A DNA stretch of 64,000 bases from Raillietiella orientalis (taxonomy: Eukaryota): positions 310,001 to 374,000 of the forward strand of contig JAYWIR010000052.1 of assembly GCA_036172245.1 (NCBI GenBank), read 5' to 3'. Position numbers and translations under genes: made by a program. The notes below the pieces were generated by a model. That model did not search any database and had not been told where the DNA came from. It worked only from the letters and a program-made list of their open reading frames with translations. Every line of letters starts with the position of its first letter. Position 1 is the stretch's first letter. Shown here piece after piece: positions 35,811 through 49,700 of this stretch.

Positions 35811-38800
35811 TTAGGACGATCCGAAGGCCAGCATCTCTCCCCCCTCTTCCAAGGTATTGTTCCAGTTGGTCCAAACGTAGCCGAAGTACTTGGGATCAGC
35901 CCTCAGGTCTTGAAGGGCGTTAATGGGGGTGACTGTGGTCTTTCGGAACTCCAGCAGTTTGGCGAGAAGCTCTTTCCGAAGAGTCTCATTCGTGTGGTAC
36001 AAATTCACGTATTCACACGGGTCTTCTTCCACATCAAAGATGCAAGGAGACGCGATGCTGCAGGAAGACGCCTGCTCGAGAGGAGGAGGAGGCCCGCAGA
36101 GGATTTGGGCCCCTGTCGGAGGCGAAGGATCCATCCGCAAACCCCGGAGGATGCCCAGGGTCTTCTCCGACGTCCTCGTCGCCTCGCGGTAGCTCGTCTC
36201 TGGGCGCACCCCGACATCCCTTCCCGAGGGGCCGTACCAGCCATCCCAGGCCCCTCCGTAGATGGTACCTGCAAGGTCGGCCGAAGGTCATTGAGTTCCC
36301 TCTCTCTTGCACCTAGTCCGAGACCCGGTCCGGGTGGCCGGCGGTCAGCTCCCGTCCTCGGCCCACAGGCGACGAAGGAGGGGAGAAGCCGTCCTCTGCC
36401 CCCTTTCGAGCAAAATGCGAGCCACGCATCGCCCGCGTCCCCTGGAGGAGGTGTTTGGCGCTTGCAGTGCTGGGGGAGAGGGAGGGCGCGAGGGAGAGAT
36501 GGCGGTCTGCTAACCACCCGCGCGGGCCCTCCCTGCCACGTCAGAGGGGGAAGCGACCAGGGGGGGGTTCTGCGCTTCTTCCCCTCCCGGGCAGAAGAAG
36601 GGAGGCGGAGGGGGACCCGAGCGACGGGACGAGTCCGTGAAAGGCCCTTCCGCCGCATACCAGGCGCGAGAGTGACCACCCGCACTGACCTGCCACCAGC
36701 TTGTGCTTCCCCACTGTGATGGCCGAGTAGTCAGACTCCCATGGGTCGATCTGGTGCAGGATGTCGCTCCGCGGCGACGGTTCGCCGCAGCAAAGGTGCC
36801 TCCACTGGCTGACCCCGTCTATGCCCTCTGGAGGGGACCCTCCTGGGGGCGGAAAGAAGCTGCGGGGTCGTGCCCCCCGGCCTGGCCGCACTCACCCGCG
36901 GCCTCGAGCAAGGTGGGCAGCCAGTCCGTGACGTCCATCAGTTCCGTGGACACCCTGCGCGGCTCCCGGAAGAGTGGACTCCATGCAAAGGCGGCTCCCC
37001 TGATCCCGCCTTCCCATAGTGTGCCCTTCACCTAGAAAGGGAGGAGACGAGTACTAGAGGGACATCCGCGTCGTCGGGGAGAGCCATCTCCTCCGCCGCA
37101 TGCGACATCCCGCGCCCCCGGGTGGCCTGCACACCGCAAGCGGGTGGACCAGCGCGGGAAGGCGCGCAGGCCGTGCACCCGCGGTGGCAGGACCCCAGCT
37201 TCCTCTTTTCCCTGTGCCCCAGGGTGATCCTCCCCTCCCTTCCCCGGGATGGACGAATTGTGGGATGAGGCGGAGGCCGGCTCGTGGAGCGCGCCCTCAC
37301 CCCCCTCAGGGGCCAGTTGGAGGCGGCGTTCCTGTCGAACCCCGCGGCGGGGCCACCGTTGTCCGTGGTGAAGACGAGGACAGAGTGGTCCAGCAGTCCC
37401 GAGGAGTGGAGAGCCTGGAGCAGCAGCCCCACGGACTCGTCGAGCTTGGACACCATGGCTGGAAAGGTCCGGGGCAGTGGGCGTGGGGAGGCATCGGAGG
37501 GAGACTTACCGGCGTAGAGGCGCCTGTTGACGTCAGCGATGTGGGCGAACCGCTCCACGGCGTCCCGGGGTGCCTCCAGAGGGTTCCACGGCAGGGCTGA
37601 GTGCACCGCGTTGTGGGAGACGTACAGGAAGAGGGGCCGATCCGGAGGGTGACCCCTGATGATCCGGACCGCCTCGCGGGTGTATGCGTCGGTCAGGTAC
37701 TCTCCGAAGGCGTCGGACGCGACGGTCATGTTGCAGCGCAGGTCGGACCCCCACATCGCCTGCGGTCGGAAAGGAGGAACGGGGTCAGACTCCTGGTCGA
37801 GCCTTGCCCTCCCCACCGCCCCTCGGGGAGCACTCGCCTGACCCAGGTTGACCTCGTACAGGGTGTGCGTGTAGTAGGAGCAGTAGCCCAGCCAGTTGCC
37901 GAAGTGCGACTGGAAGCCCCGGGCGGTGGGCGTGAACTCCCGCCGGAAGCTGCCCAGATGCCACTTGCCGACCGCATGGGTCACGTAGCCCAGTGCCGAG
38001 AGGTCCTCCGGCAGGATGCGGTACTGCAGCGGCAGCCCTCGGGGCTCCGCCCCGTGGATGACGTCGTGCTGCATGCCTGGGGAGGGGAGAGGTACAAAGT
38101 GGGCGGTGGGCCCCCGCGGATGGGCCCGAAGGGGAAAGGGGGAGGCGAGAGGGCACTCCCTCGGTCCCCACAAGGATCCCTTCCAGAACTACCAAGGAGG
38201 GCGCCCTCTCAAGGCGGTCTTCCGGGAAACCCAGGACTCCCCGGTCCACCGAGCCTGGCTACCAGGGGAGGCGCTCATGTGACCGGGAGAGGGCAATGCG
38301 CGGCGTCGCGCTATCCTGAGACGGCTCCCGGCCTGGAAAGAACGGATCCCCTTTCCCCACTACGCCCCGGCGCCTGTGCCGAGCAGCGTCCCGGCGTCCC
38401 GGAACCGCAGCCCCCTGACCTTCCTGGAACTCGCGCAGGACACGACAGGAAGGGAGGGTACGCACCGGGAGACGGGCAACGGCCATCCTGGCACCGTCTC
38501 GACGAGACGCGGGAGCAGCTCCTCGACCTCGGGACCGCAGAGTGCCCTCAGGAAGGCAAGCGAGGGCACTTTGGAGATGGCCAGCGCCTCTCCCGTAGGG
38601 TTCAGAAAGCGAGAAGGGATGAAGTTCCCAGAGGGAAGCGAGCACTCCTCTAGGGAAGCATCAGAGTCCTTCTCCCCGGGGAAGGGCTCGCCCGAGAGCG
38701 TTCCAAAAGGGCTCCGCCACTCGCTGGAACTCGCGAAAGAGAACAGGGCAAGCTGGGACCCTGGGAGCGGAAACGGGAATGGCCAGGAGGAATTGCCAAT

Positions 38801-41455
38801 TAAAAGGGAAGGAGAGCGTCTTTTTCAGGAAGTTTCAGTTCTTCCAGCGAAGGATACTGAGGGGAAAGGACGAATGGAGGGGCAGAGGAGGAAGAAGGGA
38901 AGGGCAAGAGCAGGTAGGAAAGAGGAGGAGGAGTAAAAAGAAGAGAGAAGGAGCCTCTCCTCTCGGCGTGCTAGGGACTGCCCTGACGCCGCCGGAGGCG
39001 TCCGCTCACCTATCCGGGACGAGTACCTCCCAGTCAGCAGAGCGCTTCTAGAAGGCGTGCACAGGGGGTTAACGTAGTAGCGGTTCAGGATGACCCCGGA
39101 GGAGGCGAGGGCGTCGATGTTCGGAGTGGGGATTTGCAGGGACCCGTGGAAGCCGACGTCGTTCCACCCCTGAAATGGGAGTCGGAGCGTGAGGTGGGTC
39201 TCTCCTGGCAGACTCTCGCCCGTCCGCCCCCGCCTTCTGCCGGCCCGATCGTCCCGGAAGAGACGGGAAAGAAAGGGGAGGGAAGCCCGCCTCGGAGTGG
39301 AGGGGAGTTCCAGCCAGCTGCCTCGCCCACCGCCGCCTGCAGGGCGCGGATCGGGAATTGCAGGGATGACTGCCACGACGACGGCGGCGAAGGTCACGGT
39401 GGAGGGATGAGAGCGAGGGGAGAACGCCCGGGGCGCATCGTTGCAGATTCTTCCCCTCACTTGTGACCTGCCGCCGGGGAGGGCGACGCAGGAGGGGTCC
39501 GTTCCGCGTTTTCCCTCTGTCGGCGTCCACCTGGACATTCCGCCGTCATCCCCTGCGCCACTGGATGCACCGCGAGAGAGGTAGGGTGGCTTTCCCCCTC
39601 TGCCCTTCAGGGCCCATCTTGCTCCCCTCTCAACGCCCCCTTGAGGTCAGTCAGACCAATCCCCCTTCCAACGAGTGCGGAGGGATCCCTTCGAGTCTTC
39701 TTACCAAGCCTCCGCGACCTCCTCGAGCAGAGACTCCTGGCCCCTTTCCTCCCGGGAAAGCGCTCCGGTGGATCCATTGAGGACGACCAAAAGCCCATCT
39801 TTATGTGTGATCTCCCGTGTTCCACGCGGTCCGAGTGGAGCAGCCATGCCTGAGGGGCACAGCACGTCCGGCACGCCGAGAACACGCGTGGCATCCGCTG
39901 TGACCTTACGAAATCTCCCAGGGCTCATCGCAACGTGCCACAAGGGTCGCGTTGTCCATGTGAGTGGCTGCACGCGCGTCACTGAGCCCGCTATGCGTGC
40001 CTGCACTGCTCTAATCCCGTTGCTCCCGTAGCCAAAGGACTGTTAGCCGCGATCCTCCCTCCCGGGACGCCTCCCCTGTGGCCGCGGCTTCCACCGGAGA
40101 GGCTTCTTAAGACCGCTCCTCCCGGAGACGCTCGCGCCTCCGGAGCCGGCCCAGCGTTCCAGGAGCCGCGAGCAGCCGGTGAAAGGGTTCCAGACGTCTC
40201 GGCGTGCTTCTCCTGGGAGACCTCCAGCTCTCTCTCTTCCCTGGGAAAGGAACCGTCCGTCCTCGGAGCCGGGAAGCGATGGGCCTCAAGGGACGCAGAG
40301 GACCCGCGATCCGCTGCTGGCGAGGAAGGAGGGCGGATGGGAGGACGAGGAGGCGAGGTCGTCGTCCGCGTTCCCCCGGGGAGCGTGAGGGGGCCGCCTC
40401 GCCCCTCGAGAAGTGGCCGCCCGGGGCGCTCATCCGGCTCCCCCGCGGAGCGGAGGCAGCTTTGGAGGCACGCCCTTGGGGAAGAACCGCAGCGACCCTT
40501 CCCCGGACCCCTCTCCCCTGCCGCGACCCCCTCCTCGGCGAGCAGACGGCCTTGTGCAGCACCTGCAGGGAGTGGGTGCCGGAAGGCGCCGCCTCCACGC
40601 GTCCACGAGCGTACAGCAGGGTTGAACGCGCTTCCGCGCGCGAAGCAGGGAGGGGGCGCGGAAAGGGAGACAGAGTGAGGAATGGGGCAGGGAAGAGGCA
40701 GAGAAAAAAAAAAGGCACCACGATCGAACGAGGGGTCTCAGGGGTCCTGCCGTCACTGGTCCCTCTCCCACCCCTTCCGCGAGAGAGTTAGGGACTTGAC
40801 CTGGGGGAGAGGGCGGGAAGGGGAGAACGCCGGTCCACTGGGCGCCCTGCTCTCCCGGGGTTCGAAGGTCAGGGGGCGGACGAAGTTCTCGCACCATTTC
40901 TGGGCGCTGGGATTTCCTACCACGAAGCTGCCGCTACGCGGGCGAAGAGGCTGGGATCACTGCATCCCCCAGAGACGCCCCCTCCCCTTCCTCCCGATCG
41001 TTGACGCATCTCCTTCGTCCCTCACCCACCCCCCTCCCCACCTGCTGCCTTTCTGAGGCGCCGCGGGGGAGGAAGGGAGGGGAGGGAGGAAAGCAACGTG
41101 GAGGCGGGAGACGGATCGGCAGCTGCAAACGCCCCCAACGACCCGTTCTCCTCCCCCTCCTCCCCTCCCCGGGGGCCGGCGACCCCGCGGCGCGCACGCG
41201 GGAGCCACGTGACCGCCCTTTCCGGCTGCGCGGTCCCCGCGAGGCCTTCCGGAAAGGACGGTCCCCTGCGGGGCTCCTGCTGACCTCCGCATCTGCCCCG
41301 CGGGGCGTCCCCTCCCCCCTTCCCACATGCCCGCATACCAGGTCGTCGGCGACGATGAGGATGATGTGGAGTCTGTCCGCACGAGCGGCGGCGCGGTCCC
41401 CCGCGGGGGTCGCCGCCAGCATCCACGTCAGCAGCAGCGTCAACGCCGGAAGCAT
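35811..41455 (-). CDS. Arylsulfatase B/I/J-like secreted or lysosomal sulfatase, multi-exon
   Basis: Signal peptide [35 protein letters not shown]; formylglycine motif [66 protein letters not shown]. Confidence 0.95.
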
Positions 41456-41991
41456 CGCACGACCGCTCACCGTCGGCAGAGCGCGAACGTGCCGCCTCCC
41501 CCTCGATCCCTCCGGAAAGGGAGGGGAGGGGACGCGGCGACCTCCGCCTCCGTGCGCGAGCGCTGCCGTGGCTTCCCTCCGTCCCCTCTCTCGCGGGTCA
41601 AGGCCTCCCTCCTGCTTCGCCTCAGGCGCCTCCTCCCAGGAACGCCTCCGCATCCCCGTGTCTTCCCGACGCGAGGCTGCCGCCACACCCTCGCGCATCC
41701 TCCTCCTCCCGGAGGCGCAACGCCCCCGACCCGTGGTCCAGAACCGTCGGCGCGAGCGGAAACTCCCGAGCTAGCGACCTCCCGGCTACCGGGAATGCTC
41801 CGGGGAGGAGCCGTCGCCGTCGCCTCCCTGCAACGAAGACCTTCGAACAGACGACCTGGGAAGGCTCTCGCCCTCCGGGCTGGGGGAGCGCTCGCTCGCT
41901 CGCTGGACGCGGACACCTCCGGGAATGGGCGCCGCGCCACGGGGAGAGCCACTTGACCCCCCTCGAGCTCGCTGCGCTTAGCCAGGCCGCA

Positions 41992-41997
41992 TTTATA
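41992..41997 (-). promoter_or_regulatory. Candidate TATA box for the arylsulfatase gene
   Basis: GGCTATAAATG on the - strand in otherwise GC-rich DNA, about 540 nt upstream of the ATG. Confidence 0.3.
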
Positions 41998-44900
41998 GCC
42001 CCCAGTATTTTTAGATCGCATGTTGGGCGCCATGATGGTTGCGCACGGTGGCGCCATGACGCTACTCGTTAGCAAAGCGCGCTGAATTCGAAACGCTCGC
42101 TCTTCCTGCGAAGGCAGCGACGCTCGCACTTGAGCTTCGGAGGAGAGAGGCTCCGGGCACCACGGAGAGGAGAAGGTTTCCATGGCAAGCGTGCAGTTTC
42201 TTTCATTTTTCCGCAACCGAATTCTATACCCTTGAAATCGATCGAGGTCGGCTTTGCTCCCCGCGCATATCCTGCAGCCCGTCGCCGGGGTAAGTTCAAA
42301 CCAGCCCGCCTATCGCCTCGCTTCGGAGCCACGTTCGAAGAGGGTCGGACAGAGAGGTGGTGAAGCTCAAGGAAGATGGGGAAAGGTGGCCGTTCGCGGC
42401 TCACAGAGCCTACTCCAGGCTGCCGAGCAACTCGAGTGGTCCGCAGCCGGAACGGGAGAACGGGCGAAACGCCTCGGAAAAGAGGGGACGGGCGCTGGTG
42501 AACCCTCACCAGAACTCGGAATGGTGCCTCGAAGCGAAAAAATTGGCAAGAACTGGCTTTGGTGACTTCCTTTTCCCTTCCCGTTTCGCGGGGCAACGCG
42601 GCTTCGGATGCAACAAGAAGACCCCAGTTGGACTATTCGGGACTGAGAACAGCTCGCTGCCAGGGGCAACCCTTGGCATCGGGTGCGGCTGTTCGGATCC
42701 ACCGGTTCAGCGGAGGGACCGAGCACTTGAGCTGTGGGAAGCTGCACAGCCAGCAGCGCGTGGATGAAGAAGGATGACATACGGGAAATGCATGCAGAAG
42801 AAAGAGAAAGAGAACACGACGCCCTCGCTGAGGACACCAGCCGCTCCGGGATCCACACGGTGAACCTGTTCGAGAGGGCGGAAAGGCAGTCTGCTGCACC
42901 ACGTCCTGGACACTCAGGACGGCCTCCCCATCTTTTGTAATGGCGAGAGTCCCGATGGTAAAAGATCGGGCCAGCAGCATGCATGATCAGTTCTGCACGG
43001 CGCGAGGGGAAAAAGAAACTCAACCCCACGTGCCCCTCCTGCCAATCGCTACGCCGCGACGGGGGAGCGCCGATGGAGGTGACGGGCCCGCAAAACAGGA
43101 CATGACAGGAAATCCCTGGGGAACTGTTACATCATACATAATAATTTAGTGAATGAATAATAATACGAAGGAGACGGTGTCTCCCCCCCCCCCCGCATGG
43201 TACGAACACTCCTCCTTACGTGAATCGTGTGATAAGAAGAGGAAGAACGTGACGACAGCCACAAACATCCCAAAATGACTGTCAAAGAAAGAGGAACTGT
43301 GGAAGAATCCTTGCCTGGACATACTGGTGCACTATGAAAAAGATGGAAGAAAATGCTTAGCTGCGCTCCATTCCCAAAGGCAAATTCCCGAAGGAGTGAT
43401 CCCCGTCCAAGACGGTGGTAGGAGGTGTGGTCGTGATCCTTTAGAATGTTGTTTGCTTGTTCTGTTGTTGTCGTAAATGTTTTGTTTTAATAAATTCTCT
43501 CCACTGCTGGCGGGAAATAAAGTTCTAGGTGAGGACTCTGGGGTGAGAAGGGTCTCGCGAAGGCTGCTGCCGCACGCGGACCGCCGCCCCCCCAAACCTT
43601 GCCGGTCAAGGGAACCCGACGATTCCACACCTGACTTGGAGACATCCCTCTCTTCTCAAGGGGTGTGCAGGCACTCTTGCTGCTACGAGGTGTCTCCTCA
43701 ATCCTCACATAGTGTCCTCTTTTCGAAGTTGGCCGAGTGTGCCCGGAAGCGCCTCTACTCTTGACTGCATGAACGGTTCCTCTCGAACTCGTATAAACCT
43801 CTTTGAAGGAACCCTGCTCGTTTTTGCCTCCTCTCCTTTCCCTCGTTGCTGACATCACAGCTCCCAGTTGACTGTGGCGTCGCCAGAGTTCTTGCGGAGC
43901 GCTGCAGTCCATCGAGAGCTGCGAGAACGATTCGATCGCCATAAGTAGTTTGGGGACGGAATTCCCCAGGAAACGAGGTGCGGACGCTGGAAACCCCAAT
44001 GCAAAAACATCTTCCACATTCCATTGCAAGGGAACACCGGAGCTCTCACGCACACGAGGGAGGGACACAACGTCTTCGGGGGAAGCAATCATCCGTTCTT
44101 TCCAAAGGAGCCCCCTTCGCCAGGAAACGGGGAGCGGCTGTGTCCGCCCGCTGGCTCGTCGCCCAGCCACCCAGGAGTTTCGTTTCCCGTGCAATGCGCA
44201 GCACAGTTACCACCACGCTGGTAGGCTGCTGCTGCCGTTATTTGCCCTCAGGGAAGGCAGCACTGCAACAAGAGGTGTGATGGTCAGACGAGACCACTTC
44301 GTCCGGTCCTGAAGGACGTCTTCCAATGGGCTGCAGAGGAGAGTCCTCGGAAGGCGAAGTTCCTCTGGGAGCACTTGCGAAGTGGCAACCCAGATCTTCA
44401 CCGTCTCCTGCCTTCAGGCGTTCCAGCCCTCGGGGCAGCAGGAAATCCGGGAGAACTTTTAAGGAAGGAGGCCAGTTGCCTCACTTTGGGAAGGCGACGT
44501 CCGCCCACTCTGTGCCGCGCCGCGACGACGTAAGTCCTTCGCTGCTGGCGCACGCCAGGGAGAACTCCACAATTTGGCCTCCTTTTCGAGGGAAGCACCG
44601 TCAGCATGCGTCTGGCAAGAAGTGGACGCTACGCTATCCCCCCGCTGATACCGTGTCATGCGCACTTGGCAACGCTGCAGGGAGTGCACGTGGTTCCTAT
44701 CTCTCGTGGACGTAGGTGGCCTAGAAAGGAGATTGAGCAGGGAAGAACCTTGAGCCACGAGCTACCGCTGCCGCCCCATGTCTTGGGTCCGCTCGGTCTG
44801 GAGACCGAGTCCACGAGACGGCTTTGACCGCGCGCGCTCCTTAAGTAGTTTGTCGAGAGGAAAGTAGGTTCACCTTCCCAGCCTGTCCCCCTTCCTGGCT

Positions 44901-46766
44901 GCGGAGGAACAGAGAAGGACAGCACGGGCCAAAGTGAGCGAAATGTAAAGGCGTAAATGCCCGGAGAGCCTGCCTCATGCCCCGCGGCCTTTCGATGCCA
45001 AGCCAGACGCGAGGTTTCGAATAGCCCGAAAAAGGTCTGCGATCGACCCTCAGAGTGCGACATTAAATTACAGTTAGCATTCAAGAATTGGAGATATTGG
45101 GTGACCTGGCCGTCCATGTGTCGGCCACTCATTACGGAAACTTAGCGGAAACTTCTTTTAACGCTTGCGGGTCAATGCAGCAGATGACATGGTGATTTCG
45201 GATGATTCCACCATTGAAGTCATCCTCTGCTTCATACGGGATGCAAGTGCACCGTTTGGGACCAACGCAGGGCTCAAACCTCACACTTCGCCACGGGCCC
45301 AGTAAGTTCTGCACCCTGGCTGTCTCCTGAACGCAACATCCCGACGAAATTTCTCGCAGGCTGACACGTTTTAGCCCTGAACGAAAACAAAGATGCAATG
45401 TTTTCTCGTTCCAAGGATGCTGCAGCATTCCCGCAGCCTACTCACCAACGCCACTTAAGCGATGCGATCATTGTAATGATGATGCTCGCTTAACCACACT
45501 CCCGGTTTAAAACAGGCTGAAAACGCATTCCCACGTGCGGGATCGCTTCTTTGCAACAACACGCGTGGTGCGGTTTGGTGGAATCTCATCGGTCCGACGT
45601 TGGGTCACAGTGCCTTGAATTCAAACCCTTTCGGTGCCATCACCACCGGCTGGCCATCACCAGTAGGCCACCACCGCTGGGCGGGGTGCACTGTCCCCGT
45701 GGACAGCATCCGAAGCAGTCCTCTTTTACCCCGGTGCACCACAGGTTTGATAAAGAGGAGCCATAGGGATCAACACGTTTCAGGTGCGTTTCAATGATGT
45801 GCGTAATAACTTGGCAGATGAATCACAACACGAATTACGTAACTCGGGGTGATTCGCTTTGAAAAGCAGGGTGACAACCCAGCATCGGGCTCTTCTCGCT
45901 CATGGCTGGGTCCACGTCTCCGGATTTCAAATGGATGGTGCAGCACGTTCGCTGGGAATCCCGGATGCTGCGAAGCCGCCACTTCTCGCCCGTGGTGCGG
46001 ATGCGGAGGAACTTCCTGGCCGAAATCTCCTCCAAGTGGCACGCGAGGGAAGATGGTGGTGCCTCGTGCGTCGGCTTCTTCTTCTGCAGAGAAAGGGTCT
46101 TCAACCGCGTTACGTGTTCGCGGGATCCGCACTCTCACCGCAGTTGTCGGAGTCCGTCCGTTTCGGGATCGCGCGCAACGCGGACGTGGACCGCGCCGCG
46201 GTGTTCCGAGGATCCCCGCGTGCATCGCGGGATGGCCGAGACCTAAACCACCCATCGAGATGAAAAGCCAGCAAGAAAGCCTTTCAGCAGCCAACTGGAA
46301 GTACCCATCGGCAATTTCCTCAGTGATGCGTAGAAAGATGCCTTTTTTTTTTTTATTTTTTTCGTGTGTTTGACTTTCGTGTGTTGCACGCCTGCACGAC
46401 GTGGACACTGTGACGTTCAGGGCGCCGACTGAGAAGGAAAGTGCCATCTGTAGCCGGGACACGCGACTCCATACGTGCAATCGCCACGGCTCGCTTCTCT
46501 TGCTTTGAGCCTTGCGCCCTGCTGCACCCACGATCACTCTGTGGATGCAGGCTGGAGCCGGCGTCAAGAGCGACGGGGCCAACGAATATCGAGACCCCGG
46601 CTGCAAGCGTGAACTTTCGCGTGGTCAACGCAGGCGGTGACGAGAACCACTCGTGTACACTACCCGCCAACAAAATGAAACAAACAAAAAAACCATACAG
46701 TATGTACTTTATTTGGCAAATAAATTTGCACAAAACAAAATGAAACATGCAATAAGGCTTTTCACT

Positions 46767-49700
46767 TCATACAACGGGTTCGGAATATTGCTCTTCTTCT
46801 TTACCCTCGTTTTGATTCCCGGCATATGGAATCCATAATCCTGAATCCACACAACGCTTCATGTGATATGTGGCTTCCTGCGGGTCCATCTTGGCAATCA
46901 CATCCTTCAAAATCTGGGGATCTCTGGTTTCAAAGCAGTAGCGCAGCTCCTGGAAACAGAAGCACATGGAACTTTCGGAAGGCAAAATGCAACTGACCTC
47001 TGGGAGTGATTCCATAACCTCGACTGGGTCCAAACCTCCGGGTCCAAGCCTTTTCTGGCGTTCCTCTTCTTCCATCTCTCGAAATGCTGCTTCTAATTTA
47101 TCAGCAGCACGATGCTTTACACGCTCTTTGAATGCAGTCAGTTCATCCTGGAAGGCCTTCACGTACTGCTCGTCTGCCAGCTGGATGCTGGATCCACTTC
47201 ACTTCTACCCCTTAGATTCTTAACTTACCGATTAAAAAATGGCGCCACACAAGACCTGGGATCCCTATCTAATTCTTTTGCTAATTCAAGAATATATTGC
47301 AGACAAATAGTTTGATGGGCAACATGTGCCATTAAGTCATGTTTCTGCATAAAAATAATGGACATTTCATTACACATTTCCTTACTTCCTCCATCTCCAG
47401 GTTGATACACCAGACCACCAGATAGTTGGCAGCATCCTCACACACCAACTGGGGGCAATCCTGCAGAAAACGTTTGCTGTCTTCAGTGCGTTGCATCAAG
47501 CCAAATTTCTTCAATAATTCCTCATTCTGTTGAACAAACAACTGCATGCGTTTGTGGCGCTCCTCTTCTGTTAACTGTTCCACCACTGGAGGTTTGGATA
47601 CATTAATGACCGTTTTTGTAAAACCATCGTGACTGAGTGTATCCACATTCCATGGTGTCAACTGGATGTGAGCTTGCACCAATTTTCCTTATACTTGTAA
47701 CTACCTTCTCTTTGTGAGCTAACTCAGCTTCCTTTTTCTGAAATTCCTCTTCCTGACTTATAAGCTGTTCCAACTCCAAATGCAAGGAACTCAAATTGGG
47801 TTCATTATTCTTCTCTGCTATACGCAGGCGCTGTTGAGTATCAGTCAGACGTTTTTGCCAGCTGTTTTAACATCTAGACTATCTTATCTTTCAACTTACT
47901 TAGATTTTTCCTTCTCAAACTCTTCTTTCTCCTGCTTTGATTTCTCCATGCGCTCCACACGTGCTTGATGGCGCCAGCGGAAGAGAGATGGGGTATCAAT
48001 GTTTGGATGAGTGTCATCTTCATCATCTGAAACCTGTAATGCAGGCATTATACATGAGAAAACATTACCTTGTAACTTGAAAGTTTCACAAAAGTTTACA
48101 CAGAAAACACAATTTTTCACTACTCCAATGATATGAATTTTCTCATATAAGATGCACAATCAAATTCATTATATGTGTTGACAATTACGTACATTTCAAA
48201 GAACATAAGAACTTCATCTTAAAAATAGAACACATCCAAATCAAACCTTACTGAAATTAAGATATATGTACACATACATAAAAAAACAATTCTGCTTCCT
48301 TACGGAATAAAATAAACCATTTTAACAACATATGCATTATTTAATATTATTGGATGACAATTCACACGAATTGTGGTCAGGGGGCATATTTACGATTTTA
48401 TCAAAATACATTTTCTAATGTACGTATTTATACAAAATATATACATTAGAAAAGCACACATACAAATTGCCAAAATGCTTAAATGAAAACATCCAAGGCT
48501 GGAAAAATTGCTAACTAACAACACTGTGGTGACCAATGGTCATTTACAAACCCAGTTTACATGCACGAAAGATAAATGGGATCTGTTGCTTTACACGGGT
48601 TTTACTAATGATCAATTAATGGATGAACGATATTCATCAATGATACTTGGTGAGGAAATCTATACACAATTGAATGTAACAAAGTCCAAACAGCAATACG
48701 GCTAACACAGAGTGTAAAATGAAAAAACGAGAAAGGAATGTGATAATACTTATAAGCTTTTAGCAATATATTACATTGTAGTGAGCATCATATTCCAAAA
48801 CTCATCTGAAAAAAATTTGGTGAAAAAAATGAGTCACTATGGCTTTTCCAAGAAACAGGAAACCAAATACACTAACAAATATAATCTAAAAATGCAAATA
48901 TAATGCTGCAAATACAATCTAAAAAAGGCTAACAACAGCACAATGTTCAACAAACTTACTATAGAATAAAATGAAAACATAAATAAATTCTACATGTACT
49001 AATGATTTTAGTACTTTGAAAACTTCCTATAATGCTTTGTACAACATATCACTTCTGGTATTATATGCATAATTTTTGACGAAATATTACACACACTCAC
49101 ATGTATAAAAACAACCTGAATAATCCATGAATAACCAAATCAAAATTTGTTGAAAATGTAAAATAGTTCTCTGATTACCATGAAGCAAACTTTTGTCCTT
49201 CTAAGTGCAAACAATACTAAAAAAAAATGTATTATGAAAAGAAATATAGTTGAAACAGATTGGAATGGTGCACATACTGAAATCTCATATTACTAAAACT
49301 TTTGGTATTGGTATTTCAAGATGTGTTCGTTTGAATGGCCATTTCTTAATTTCTTAGTGACATCAAAACTATTACAATGTGCTCACTATTTTCATCTCCA
49401 CTTGTTAGAATTTATTACCATTTATGCAGATTCAACTGTCTGAATAGGAAGCATGAAGTAATGAAACATTTATCCCAATTGCTTCTTTCATGCATTACTG
49501 CAGCATTAAAGTATCATTACCTCCTTATATACCTTAGGATATGATGCTATTTACTTTGACGAGAGACTTTATTAACATCAGGTAATTTGTTATACAATGC
49601 CCACACAATCACATTCTTATTATTTTCTGCTTTAGGGCATACCTCTTTAGCATAAGCAGAATCAGCCCTAGATGCCTTGCTTGTATTTACTCATGTATGA

